Virus record (IMG/VR): IMGVR_UViG_3300034357_000690
Location: 1 to 42,270 of that record
Origin: a virus
Taxonomy: Duplodnaviria > Caudoviricetes
Reading direction: 5' to 3' (one strand)
Length of the DNA stretch: 42,270 nt
Shown here: piece after piece, positions 26,824 through 35,148 of the stretch
Layout: every line of letters begins with the position of its first letter
Numbering within the stretch: position 1 is the stretch's first letter
The notes under the pieces: model-generated
The model's database searches: none
Told to the model about the DNA's origin: nothing
What the model saw: the letters and a program-made list of their open reading frames with translations, nothing else
Position numbers and translations under genes: made by a program

Positions 26824-28689
26824 TCAAGCGGTCGCCATCCGGTAGCATCCGCGAGACTCAGCCTTAGCAACGCCATAGCTGAAGTGACCGCGAACCTGGA
26901 TGCCGAGCAGATTGAAATCAGCATCGGCCTGCTGGACCGTGGGGAGCCTCTGGCCGTTGAGGAACGCCACTTCCATGCAGGGCAGCTCGGCCGGGTTGGC
27001 TACGAGCCACCAGGTCGATGAACTCGTAAGGTAGGACGAGGGCACAACCTGGAACCGACCAGCGAACACGTTCACGTTTCCGCGGGTCACGCTCTCGCCC
27101 GTGATGAGCACCGTCGATCCCATCATCTCGTCGGCGGTGATCTCCAGGTCCGGTGGGACGAGGATCATCGACGGCGAGATGCCCAACGGGTTGCCGTCGG
27201 GATCGGTGAGCTTCTTGTACGAAGTCACCGCCGTCTTCAGCGACGAGATCGCCAAGGCGTTGCCTGCCGCGGCCGTCTCTTTCTGAAAGAACGTCGAGTT
27301 GTTCAACTGAAACTCGGTCCAGAAATCCTTGTTCAGCTTGACCGCAGCCCCACGGCCCAGCCGACTCGGCACCTGAGTCAGAGCACCCAGGTCGTCGTTC
27401 ACGATGTCGACCATCGTGATCGAACTCATGCGGCCGGTCAGCTTGGCCTTGATCGTCCGAGTCTCGTCCGAGGCGTCGGCACTCTTCAGTTCGCCGGAAG
27501 GACCGAGATCCTCAAACTCGAAGCCGCCGTTGAGGCGGACGCCCGTGACCGTCTTGTAGTCACTGACGCTTCGGATCGACGCGATCATGTCCCACGTCGA
27601 CTCGACGGCGTTGTACCCCTGGAGGAGGAACTTGCCGTAGGTCGCCGCGAGCACGTTGCTGATGCTGTGCGTGGCGAACCCGGCGGCTTGCACCTGGGGG
27701 AACGCACCGGCGAGCACCTCGCGGATGTTGCCGTCGTGGATGCGAGCCGGACCGGTGTAGCCGTTCCGACGGGCAGCCTCGATGAGAACCTCCTGAAGCG
27801 ACGTGTGGTTTCGCCGCCGGTCAGCCGCCTCGAGGGTCTTCTCGTCGAAGACCTTCTCGACGTTGGCGAGACCGCCAGCGAGACACAGCGCCGCCTCCAC
27901 CACCTTCGGCGCGTTGGCCGCGGCGGCGTCGACGACGTGGATCGCGGGAGCCGACGGGCGAGAAGCCCGGACCTCCGCGATCCGCTCCTCTCGCATCCGC
28001 TGCATCACGATCTCGGCGACCTCGCCGGCGATCAGACTGGCACTGTCACCGCCAGCGGTGGCGACGATGGGCTTCGGGTCCGCGGCGACAATCGCCGTGG
28101 CTTCCGTCGTTGGCACGGCGGCCTCGACGGGCTTCTCGTTGAGCTGCTCGCTCATAGTGGAAACCTCACTCGCCTCGGCGGCGATAGCCGCGGACGTTTG
28201 ACTGTCCGCACCGAACAGGACCACGCTCGTTTCGCGGAGAACCGCCCCACGAGCAACACTGATTGGGCCGGAGAACTCGCGACCGTTGACTGTCACGCTG
28301 GCTCCCGCGGCGATGTTTTCGATTGAGCCCACGTCGGCCCCGATGCTCGCTTGCAGCGGCACGCCGGCCTTCGCGAGAGCGATCAGCTTGTCGCCGGCCG
28401 GCGTCCCGCGAATGAGTTCTCCGCGGAGCACAAGCTGGCTGCCGTCGTTCGTGGCTTCAAGGCTTCGGCCGATCACGCTGTCGAGCATCGACATCTCTTT
28501 GCCGTGGGCGTAGAGAATCGGGATCGGCCGAGATGCGTCGATCTGGGCGAGGTCGACGACCAGCGGATTCCTCGACCACCCCTGGCGGATCGACGCCCCG
28601 GTGTAGGCCAGAAGTTCAAACGTCGGCGTGGCGGCCTCGTCGGCCGCTTGCACGTTGAGCGTGGCGGATAGTTCGATGCGGTTGTTCAT
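26824..28689 (-). CDS. Prohead protease-major capsid fusion (Mu gpT-like capsid)
   Basis: N-terminal AYTG, QASIGA, LRETSVVLFGAD; C-terminal IVNDDLGAL, ILVPPDLE, EVAFLNGQ..P. Confidence 0.9.
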   Translation of the reverse strand: MNNRIELSATLNVQAADEAATPTFELLAYTGASIRQGWSRNPLVVDLAQIDASRPIPILYAHGKEMSMLDSVIGRSLEATNDGSQLVLRGELIRGTPAGDKLIALAKAGVPLQASIGADVGSIENIAAGASVTVNGREFSGPISVARGAVLRETSVVLFGADSQTSAAIAAEASEVSTMSEQLNEKPVEAAVPTTEATAIVAADPKPIVATAGGDSASLIAGEVAEIVMQRMREERIAEVRASRPSAPAIHVVDAAAANAPKVVEAALCLAGGLANVEKVFDEKTLEAADRRRNHTSLQEVLIEAARRNGYTGPARIHDGNIREVLAGAFPQVQAAGFATHSISNVLAATYGKFLLQGYNAVESTWDMIASIRSVSDYKTVTGVRLNGGFEFEDLGPSGELKSADASDETRTIKAKLTGRMSSITMVDIVNDDLGALTQVPSRLGRGAAVKLNKDFWTEFQLNNSTFFQKETAAAGNALAISSLKTAVTSYKKLTDPDGNPLGISPSMILVPPDLEITADEMMGSTVLITGESVTRGNVNVFAGRFQVVPSSYLTSSSTWWLVANPAELPCMEVAFLNGQRLPTVQQADADFNLLGIQVRGHFSYGVAKAESRGCYRMATA

Positions 28690-30458
28690 GCGTTGGCGTC
28701 CTCGTTCTCTCGCTTGTAGACACCCTCGGCCCACGAGCGGCCGGCGTCACCACCCCACAGAAGCCACGAAATTTCGGCATTAGAGGGCGGATCCTCGCCG
28801 TGGTTTTCCTTGTAGGCCGAATGCCTAGCGAAGAACGAGACCATCCGCCCGATCGTGTCGAGCGAGAGAGATCGGCCATTGGCAATGTCCCGGGCACGAG
28901 CCACGCCGATCGCCGTACCGCCACGCCCGTACTCGCGTCGTAGCTCCAGGCCGCGGCGGGCCGCGTCACGAGCAGCTTGCGGGGGCCGGTAGCCGTCTTC
29001 GGCCTCGATGCCGTCCATGTCGTCATCGGCGGCCATTGCCCCCGGCTGGGCGGAAACGCCCAGGTCTCGCTCCATCTGTCGCTCGATCGACCGCTGCCGG
29101 AGGACGACCCGCCAATCGCGGCCACGCTTGGCACAGACTTCGGCGAGGCTCGCCATGTTGCCGCCCACCATTGCGGCGTCGGCGTCGGCTTCCTTGAGTG
29201 GGTCGACGTGCTCAAATCCGTCCCACACCCACGTCCAGTTCCATGCCGCGAAGGGCGGGAGGCCGCGGGGGATCAGGCCGGGGACGGCGACCGCTTCGTC
29301 GAGCCACGAGTAGAGGAGAGGGTCGAGGAACGTGCGTTCCATGTCCGACCGCTCGACCGCGATCCGCTTGCGATAGACGAGGTAGTCGCCACGCATCGAC
29401 GAGTAGTTCGCGGAGCTGGAATCGAGGGAGGCCACGATATAGGGCATACCCAGGGCGGCTGCGATCTCGTTAATGAGCCGACGCACGAATGCGTCGTGGC
29501 TCGAGGTCGGATGCTCGGCCCGCATCTGCACCGGCTCCCAGCCGTCGGGGGCGGCGATCGCCATACCGCGGACGATGGGCATCGTTTCCAGCGTCTCGAG
29601 GCTGGCGGCCCCGGACCCGTCGGCCGGCATGGTCGTCTTGAGGATCGCGGCGAACGAGGCAGCCGTCTCGGCTGCGGTCACCACGGCGAGCGTGTACCGG
29701 CGAAGCAGAGCGAACAGCTCAAGGGCCGGAGCGATCTCCGGCACGCCCCGGTGCTGGCCCGGGCGAGTCGCGTGATACCAGTGGCAGACGTAGTTGGAGT
29801 CGATCCAGTCGCCGTCGAGGAGAAACGCTTGCGAGAGCGATCCAGGGTGGCGGCGTGAAATCCAGTAGTCGGTGACGTTGCCATCGGCGTCAAACCGAAC
29901 GCCGTCAACGTCATGCTCGGTGCTGTAAAACCCGGCCGGCGACATGACCTGGTCGGCCTCGACCAGTTTGAGGTCGAGCTGCACGCCGCGGAGTCGGCGG
30001 TTGCTGGTCTTCAAGCCGAAAACCTCGCCGTCGCTGATCTTGGCGGTCTTTGAAATCCGCAACTTCTTCGCGAGGTCGATCGTGTCGGCCCAATCGGAGA
30101 CAGCATTCTCGACCGAACGGACCGCTTCGGGCGACACGTCGGGGCCGAGGTCGAGCTGTAGCCGGGGGCCGGTGCCGACCAGGTCGTTGGACCAGGTGGA
30201 CGCGATGCCCGCGGCGTAGGAGTTATTCCTCAGCTCGTAGCGTGCCCGGTTGCGAAGGATCTGCCGGATCGCCGGCTGGAGACTCGCGTCCGCAGAAAGG
30301 TGGTCAGAGCTGGCCCAGTGATTGCGGTTCAAGTCCGACGTTTGGGCAGCGTCGTACTTCGCCCGCACCATCGTCGCGAGCGCGGCCTTCTGGGCGTCGA
30401 CCGTCGCCTGGAGCGTCGATCGGCCGCGGCCGCCGAAAATGCTACCGAGAATGCCCAC
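28686..30458 (-). CDS. Lambda-family portal protein with a C-terminal extra domain
   Basis: LRNRARYE..NNSYA, RPGQHRGVP, NYSSMR and VDPLKEA motifs. Confidence 0.9.
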   Translation of the reverse strand: MGILGSIFGGRGRSTLQATVDAQKAALATMVRAKYDAAQTSDLNRNHWASSDHLSADASLQPAIRQILRNRARYELRNNSYAAGIASTWSNDLVGTGPRLQLDLGPDVSPEAVRSVENAVSDWADTIDLAKKLRISKTAKISDGEVFGLKTSNRRLRGVQLDLKLVEADQVMSPAGFYSTEHDVDGVRFDADGNVTDYWISRRHPGSLSQAFLLDGDWIDSNYVCHWYHATRPGQHRGVPEIAPALELFALLRRYTLAVVTAAETAASFAAILKTTMPADGSGAASLETLETMPIVRGMAIAAPDGWEPVQMRAEHPTSSHDAFVRRLINEIAAALGMPYIVASLDSSSANYSSMRGDYLVYRKRIAVERSDMERTFLDPLLYSWLDEAVAVPGLIPRGLPPFAAWNWTWVWDGFEHVDPLKEADADAAMVGGNMASLAEVCAKRGRDWRVVLRQRSIERQMERDLGVSAQPGAMAADDDMDGIEAEDGYRPPQAARDAARRGLELRREYGRGGTAIGVARARDIANGRSLSLDTIGRMVSFFARHSAYKENHGEDPPSNAEISWLLWGGDAGRSWAEGVYKRENEDANA

Positions 30459-30460
30459 GC

Positions 30461-30670
30461 TTAGTGTGCCCCCGGGTACACGCACTGCGCCAGACGCAGG
30501 GATCCGAACGGGCTGCCGGAAGACTGCGTCCGGGCCTTCATGACGAACTCTGCGGCCGCCACCTGGCGGTCAAGCTCGTGTTGCTCCACCTCGCCGGCGT
30601 CGGTGCGGGCACGTCTCGGCTGGGCGAGATTTGCTGCGATCGCGTCGATCACGTCGGAGTTGTCGGACAT
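30461..30670 (-). CDS. gpW-like head-tail joining protein
   Basis: 69 aa immediately upstream of a lambda-type portal; GGGAG RBS. Confidence 0.65.
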   Translation of the reverse strand: MSDNSDVIDAIAANLAQPRRARTDAGEVEQHELDRQVAAAEFVMKARTQSSGSPFGSLRLAQCVYPGAH

Positions 30671-30738
30671 GGTGAACTCCCGGTGGTGGGACGCTTCGCG
30701 TCCCTACCAACAGTGTACCAATGTTCACGCAACTAGCG

Positions 30739-30822
30739 TCACAGGAACTCGATGAACGGGTGATCGATGTCCGACTCCGCGTCCACCTCATCCCAAAACT
30801 CATCGTCTAGGTAGGCTGGCAT
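30739..30822 (-). CDS. 27-aa acidic peptide (not in the ORF track)
   Basis: AAGGAG RBS; MPAYLDDEFWDEVDAESDIDHPFIEFL*. Confidence 0.5.
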   Translation of the reverse strand: MPAYLDDEFWDEVDAESDIDHPFIEFL

Positions 30823-30894
30823 GGCGGGTCTCCTTGCCGCCATTTTACCCTACCGGTACATGCGTCCAGTACCGACGACACTGCACACCAAATG

Positions 30895-31203
30895 TCACTT
30901 TTCGACTGTTTCTGTGCGGTTGTTTTCTTGCACCAAAACTTGACGTAGCCGCTCCACCTCGGCCGCGAGCCGGTGGATCATGCACCTCTCATGCCTCGGC
31001 CACAGGTGGCACTCCGGCGAGTGCGTCCCGACACGATCCTCCTGCATCGATCGCCACTGCCGATAGTCGGCCAGGATGTCGTGAGGTCGTTTGCGACCGA
31101 TATCATAGTCGATGATTATTGCGTCGGCTTTATCGTTCAGCACGGGGGTATACCTCGCGCATAGCGGGCGCAACCATTTCAAATCCGCTCGGGTTCGCGG
31201 CAA
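30895..31203 (-). CDS. Hypothetical protein (start uncertain)
   Basis: THSPECH...H.RC.I.RLAAEVERLR is typical of phage accessory genes. Confidence 0.5.
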   Translation of the reverse strand: MPRTRADLKWLRPLCARYTPVLNDKADAIIIDYDIGRKRPHDILADYRQWRSMQEDRVGTHSPECHLWPRHERCMIHRLAAEVERLRQVLVQENNRTETVEK

Positions 31204-31219
31204 GTGTCAGAGTCGATCC

Positions 31220-31435
31220 TCATGAAAGCCTCTTCAGCAACGCGACGAGCGTTGCGTCAACGCCATATGGCCCACCAGTGCCAAGGTAGTACGCTATCGC
31301 CTCACGCTCCTCATCGGTCAGAATGTCCGCGTTTGCCGCATTGTCCGGGCTCGGACAATCGGCTTTTGCGGACAACGGCACCGTTTCGCGGCCCTCTAGC
31401 GCACCGTTTCGCAGCCGGTCGCTCACGTCAGTCAC
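31220..31435 (-). CDS. Hypothetical protein
   Basis: LTDEEREAI motif; overlaps the upstream stop. Confidence 0.55.
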   Translation of the reverse strand: MTDVSDRLRNGALEGRETVPLSAKADCPSPDNAANADILTDEEREAIAYYLGTGGPYGVDATLVALLKRLS

Positions 31436-31646
31436 CCGTCCACCGCTGGTTTATCACGCCCTCGTCCGCAATCTCCGCGTCGGGCGTCGGTTGAACTCGA
31501 CCGAGGGTGTACAGCAGCGTTTCCGAGACCTGGTATCCCAGGATCTCATCCACGTCCTTCCGCCGCTCCGCGACGAGGCCCATCAACCACTCCAGCGACG
31601 AGGCTGAAATCGGCTCCGCGGTCCTGTAGTTCTGCAAACTTGCCAC
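31428..31646 (-). CDS. Hypothetical protein
   Basis: AGGAG RBS; operon packing. Confidence 0.55.
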   Translation of the reverse strand: MASLQNYRTAEPISASSLEWLMGLVAERRKDVDEILGYQVSETLLYTLGRVQPTPDAEIADEGVINQRWTGD

Positions 31647-31650
31647 GATG

Positions 31651-31905
31651 TCACTCCTGTTGCCACCGGACGGTCAGGTACGTTCCCACAAAAGCCCCTG
31701 CCGCCAGCGGCACGACATACGCCGGGTTCTTTGCGTAGGTCACGACACCGAACGCCAGGAGCGAATAGATCACCGACGACAAGGCAGCGGCCCGAACCGC
31801 CCGCCGGCCACCGACCGCGATGATGTAGGCGGCATACAGCACGTCGATGACGACGTATGTCGAGAACACCAACGCAGCGGTGACCAGCGAGAAGTCGGAG
31901 GACAT
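31651..31905 (-). CDS. Small 3-TM membrane protein
   Basis: Highly hydrophobic, 84 aa; coupled start. Confidence 0.7.
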   Translation of the reverse strand: MSSDFSLVTAALVFSTYVVIDVLYAAYIIAVGGRRAVRAAALSSVIYSLLAFGVVTYAKNPAYVVPLAAGAFVGTYLTVRWQQE

Positions 31906-32147
31906 TACTGCGGCTCACCGTGGCACGAAGCCTTGGCGGCACGCTTGGCCGCTCGAGCATCCTGCCGGACGGTCTGCCGGGCCGCGACACGCTGGGCCAC
32001 CGTCAGCCGGCCGTGGCACGCAGCGGCCTCACCGTGGCAGCCGGCAACGGCTGCAGCGGGCTCCGGGGACGCACCAGCGAGAGCGACACCGACGAGGCCA
32101 AGAAACGCGACCATCGAAATACTCAGGATCAGACGAAACACGATCAC
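31905..32147 (-). CDS. Small secreted or membrane protein
   Basis: AAAGGA RBS, signal-like N-terminus, CHG repeated three times. Confidence 0.6.
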   Translation of the reverse strand: MIVFRLILSISMVAFLGLVGVALAGASPEPAAAVAGCHGEAAACHGRLTVAQRVAARQTVRQDARAAKRAAKASCHGEPQ

Positions 32148-32169
32148 CGTCCTTTCTGGGAGAGAGAAA

Positions 32170-32484
32170 TCACCGACCATACCGGCGGCACGCCCACCAG
32201 CGGCCGTGGCCGAACGCCACGCCCTGGTCGATGACGGGCCACCCGTTTTTCGAGTAACAGCAGTTACTGAGAGCTGCGGCCGGGGTTGGGCCGGAGCCGC
32301 ACCCCTCAAACCCTCGGTTGCCGCCGTGGTGGCCCACGCGGCCTTGCCGGGCTTGGATCTCCGCGACGCCCTGGGCCGTCGAGGTGGTGCTGACCATCCG
32401 GCACTGACCGTTCGCACACGTCCGCACGTCCTGGCCGACGGCGGCGCTGCAAACGAGAACCGAGAGAAGCGTAAGAAATCGCAT
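32170..32484 (-). CDS. Secreted Cys-containing protein
   Basis: Signal peptide; C..GQC, EGCG, NCCY, WWAC.RY. Confidence 0.7.
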   Translation of the reverse strand: MRFLTLLSVLVCSAAVGQDVRTCANGQCRMVSTTSTAQGVAEIQARQGRVGHHGGNRGFEGCGSGPTPAAALSNCCYSKNGWPVIDQGVAFGHGRWWACRRYGR

Positions 32485-32561
32485 CGTGTTTTCCTTTCGG
32501 AATCGAGGTGCAATCGAACCGTCCGCATTCTGCCCACTGGTGTACGGGCGTCAACCTCAGC

Positions 32562-34691
32562 CTACCTACCCATCTTGTCAATCAGCGCGGCACGTCGGGC
32601 CGCCATCTCCTCGCGGGTGATTGTTTTCCGCGGAGCGGCACGCGGCGGCTCGGCACCGACCGCAGACAGGCCGGAGAACGACGCCGCGACCGCCGCACCG
32701 ACGCAACAGTCCCACCAGTGGTTGTCGCGACCAGGTATCTGCCGCCACTCGTCGACGATCCGCATCTTCGACTCAACCCGCACTGGCGTCTCGGCACTCA
32801 TCTGCTCGGCAAGCATCTCGTGCTGGCCGGCATGGATGGTGAACGCCAGCGGATCTCCGACCGGCAGCTTGCATCGCGTCGCCACGAAAGTCTTCCACGC
32901 ATTTGTGTCGTAGAGAACGTGGCGCTGTTTCTGAATCGTCGAGGTCCGCCAGTTGGCACCGATCCTCTCGCCCCGATCCACAGCCTTGTCGCTGATACTC
33001 TGGCCCGACGCACCAACAAATCGCCCGTGGGTCGGCAGCACTCGCGGCCCCCACGACGATCGACGTGCGAAGTCTCGCACCACCCCATGCGTCTGCGCCC
33101 AGTTCGCGTCCACGAACAACTGGCCGACCCGGAGAACCGCGTCGTCGTTCTCGCGGTTGATCTCCCGGCCGAGGATCATCGACGCCACCGACTCCAGCCC
33201 CGCGTGGATCGCGGCCTCGAGGGCCACGCCACCGGCCGCAGACACGAGAGTCTTCTTGGCGTCGCGTAGCGTGTAGTACGCCCGACCCTGCTCCGGGTAC
33301 GCCCCGTAGGCCACGAGGTGCCCGCGGAGTTGGCTGCCCCACGCCACGACCGACCAGTAGAGGAGTTTTTCCTGCACGTCCACGAATGCCGTCAGCGTGT
33401 CGCACCCGCGTGGGCATACCCACCTGGGTATTTCGAGAACGCGACCGCGGAGATCCTCCGCGGTGACGCCGAGGCTGGCCGCCTCGTCCTTGATCGGCTG
33501 TTGTTGGAACTCCGACGCGAAAACGTCCGCACCGTCGTCGATCAGCGCGTTGTATGAGTGTTGAATCGCGGAGTGTTCAGCGTCGGGGTCAAAGCACGAC
33601 GCCCACGATACTTCGCAGCCGGCGTCCATCGCGGTGCGGTTGGTTAGGTAGAACTCGTTTGCAGCCTTGTGGGCACGGGCCTGGTCGCCGGGAATGTCCT
33701 TCGCGAACGTGCATCGCAGATCGCGATAACTAGACATCCACAAATCGTCGTGACCGTCGGAGAACTTGCGGACCATCGGGATCCGCTCGCCCTGCCACGC
33801 CGGGAACCGGCTGGAGTCGAGGAGCTGGTCGACCATGTCGCCGGTCGAGATCACCGTGGCGTTGACCACGCACGCCATGCTGCGGGTGTGGCCGGCGAGT
33901 TTCATCACCGACTTCGTCAGAATCTCCAGCCGGTAGGAGCACTGCACCGGAGACCGGGCCGACTCGCGAGTCTGTGGGTCGTCCACGATCGTGAAGTCCG
34001 GCCGGAGCTGCCGGCCGTCCGGAGTCTTCCACCGCAGACCTAAGATCGAGCCGGTGAGGCCGCGGCTCATGATGATCGACCCGGACGAAGGCGAGCCCTT
34101 GATCGCCGGCATGACCAGCGTGTCCTTCCGCCACCCGATATGAGTCCGCTCGCCGTTGTACGTCTGCGAGTTGCAGCGTTGGGCCTTTCCCTCCAGGCAC
34201 CGGACCGGGTGGCAGACTTCGGGGAAGTCCTCAAAGAGGAGGTCGTTGTCGGATAGCTCGGTGCGGACGGAGTTGATCGCCTTGTCTGCGAGGTCCGATT
34301 CTGCGGCGAAGATGCCGCCGAACTTTCGGTGGCCGTAGAGGATCGCCCACAAGAGCGCGTTCTCACTCACCGTCGATTTGGCGAAGCCGCGGTACACCGC
34401 GTTAATGAATCGGCCGCCGCCGATGATGCAGTCCTGAATGCGGGCGATCACCCGCTTATGGTCGGGCGAGAATGGCGAGAGACCGGTCGAGTATGGGAAG
34501 TAGGTGGTGAGGAAAAGCTCAAGGTCGAGCCGGCAAGACTCGCGGCGGGCCACGTTCACGACCGGCGGGATCTCGCCGATGTCCGCGCCGCGGCGGGTCC
34601 GCTCGCGGCCACGCTCGATGGTCTGCTCACGCGCACGCTCGGCGGCAGCGACCTGGTGCTCCGGGGCGGATCGTGGTCTACCCATTGCCAT
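32562..34691 (-). CDS. terL: Terminase large subunit (GpA-like)
   Basis: Walker A YRGFAKST, Walker B IVDDPQT, nuclease FVDVQ, VDANW, DNHWWDC. Confidence 0.85.
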   Translation of the reverse strand: MAMGRPRSAPEHQVAAAERAREQTIERGRERTRRGADIGEIPPVVNVARRESCRLDLELFLTTYFPYSTGLSPFSPDHKRVIARIQDCIIGGGRFINAVYRGFAKSTVSENALLWAILYGHRKFGGIFAAESDLADKAINSVRTELSDNDLLFEDFPEVCHPVRCLEGKAQRCNSQTYNGERTHIGWRKDTLVMPAIKGSPSSGSIIMSRGLTGSILGLRWKTPDGRQLRPDFTIVDDPQTRESARSPVQCSYRLEILTKSVMKLAGHTRSMACVVNATVISTGDMVDQLLDSSRFPAWQGERIPMVRKFSDGHDDLWMSSYRDLRCTFAKDIPGDQARAHKAANEFYLTNRTAMDAGCEVSWASCFDPDAEHSAIQHSYNALIDDGADVFASEFQQQPIKDEAASLGVTAEDLRGRVLEIPRWVCPRGCDTLTAFVDVQEKLLYWSVVAWGSQLRGHLVAYGAYPEQGRAYYTLRDAKKTLVSAAGGVALEAAIHAGLESVASMILGREINRENDDAVLRVGQLFVDANWAQTHGVVRDFARRSSWGPRVLPTHGRFVGASGQSISDKAVDRGERIGANWRTSTIQKQRHVLYDTNAWKTFVATRCKLPVGDPLAFTIHAGQHEMLAEQMSAETPVRVESKMRIVDEWRQIPGRDNHWWDCCVGAAVAASFSGLSAVGAEPPRAAPRKTITREEMAARRAALIDKMGR

Positions 34692-35148
34692 GCCTCGCGT
34701 ACCAGTGTGCGAGAAGTGCCGCGTCCGCCCGCCCGTCGTCCTTCACGCGGGCGAACAGCTCCGCGTGCCGCGGCCAGAGCCGCGACGCCACCAGCCGGTG
34801 CTCGCCCTTGTCGCGGCTGACGCCAACGGCTTTCGTCCACGACTGCGGGCGGACGAGGGTCAGCGGATAGCCCAGGGCCGAGATCACGCCCTCGACCAGG
34901 CCGAAGCCGCGGCCGAAGTTGAACGCACTCGTGGCACCGGAACCTTGAACGCCCTGGACGTGCTCGAGGACGACGTGGTTGGGCTGGAATGGGAATCCGC
35001 GTTGCACGAGGTGGGCCAGCCGGGCCGCGTCGATCACCCTTTTGCCGCGGACCTCCGCGACCGGCATATCGAGGACGTGGAGGCCCTCGTCGGAGACGAG
35101 GGCGAGAGCGCCGCTGAGGCCGGGGTCGATGCCGAGGATGATTGTCAT
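34678..35148 (-). CDS. RuvC-like Holliday junction resolvase
   Basis: ILGIDPGLSGA, VVLEHV, SAFNFGRGFG, PQSW, DGRADAALLA. Confidence 0.85.
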   Translation of the reverse strand: MTIILGIDPGLSGALALVSDEGLHVLDMPVAEVRGKRVIDAARLAHLVQRGFPFQPNHVVLEHVQGVQGSGATSAFNFGRGFGLVEGVISALGYPLTLVRPQSWTKAVGVSRDKGEHRLVASRLWPRHAELFARVKDDGRADAALLAHWYARHGNG

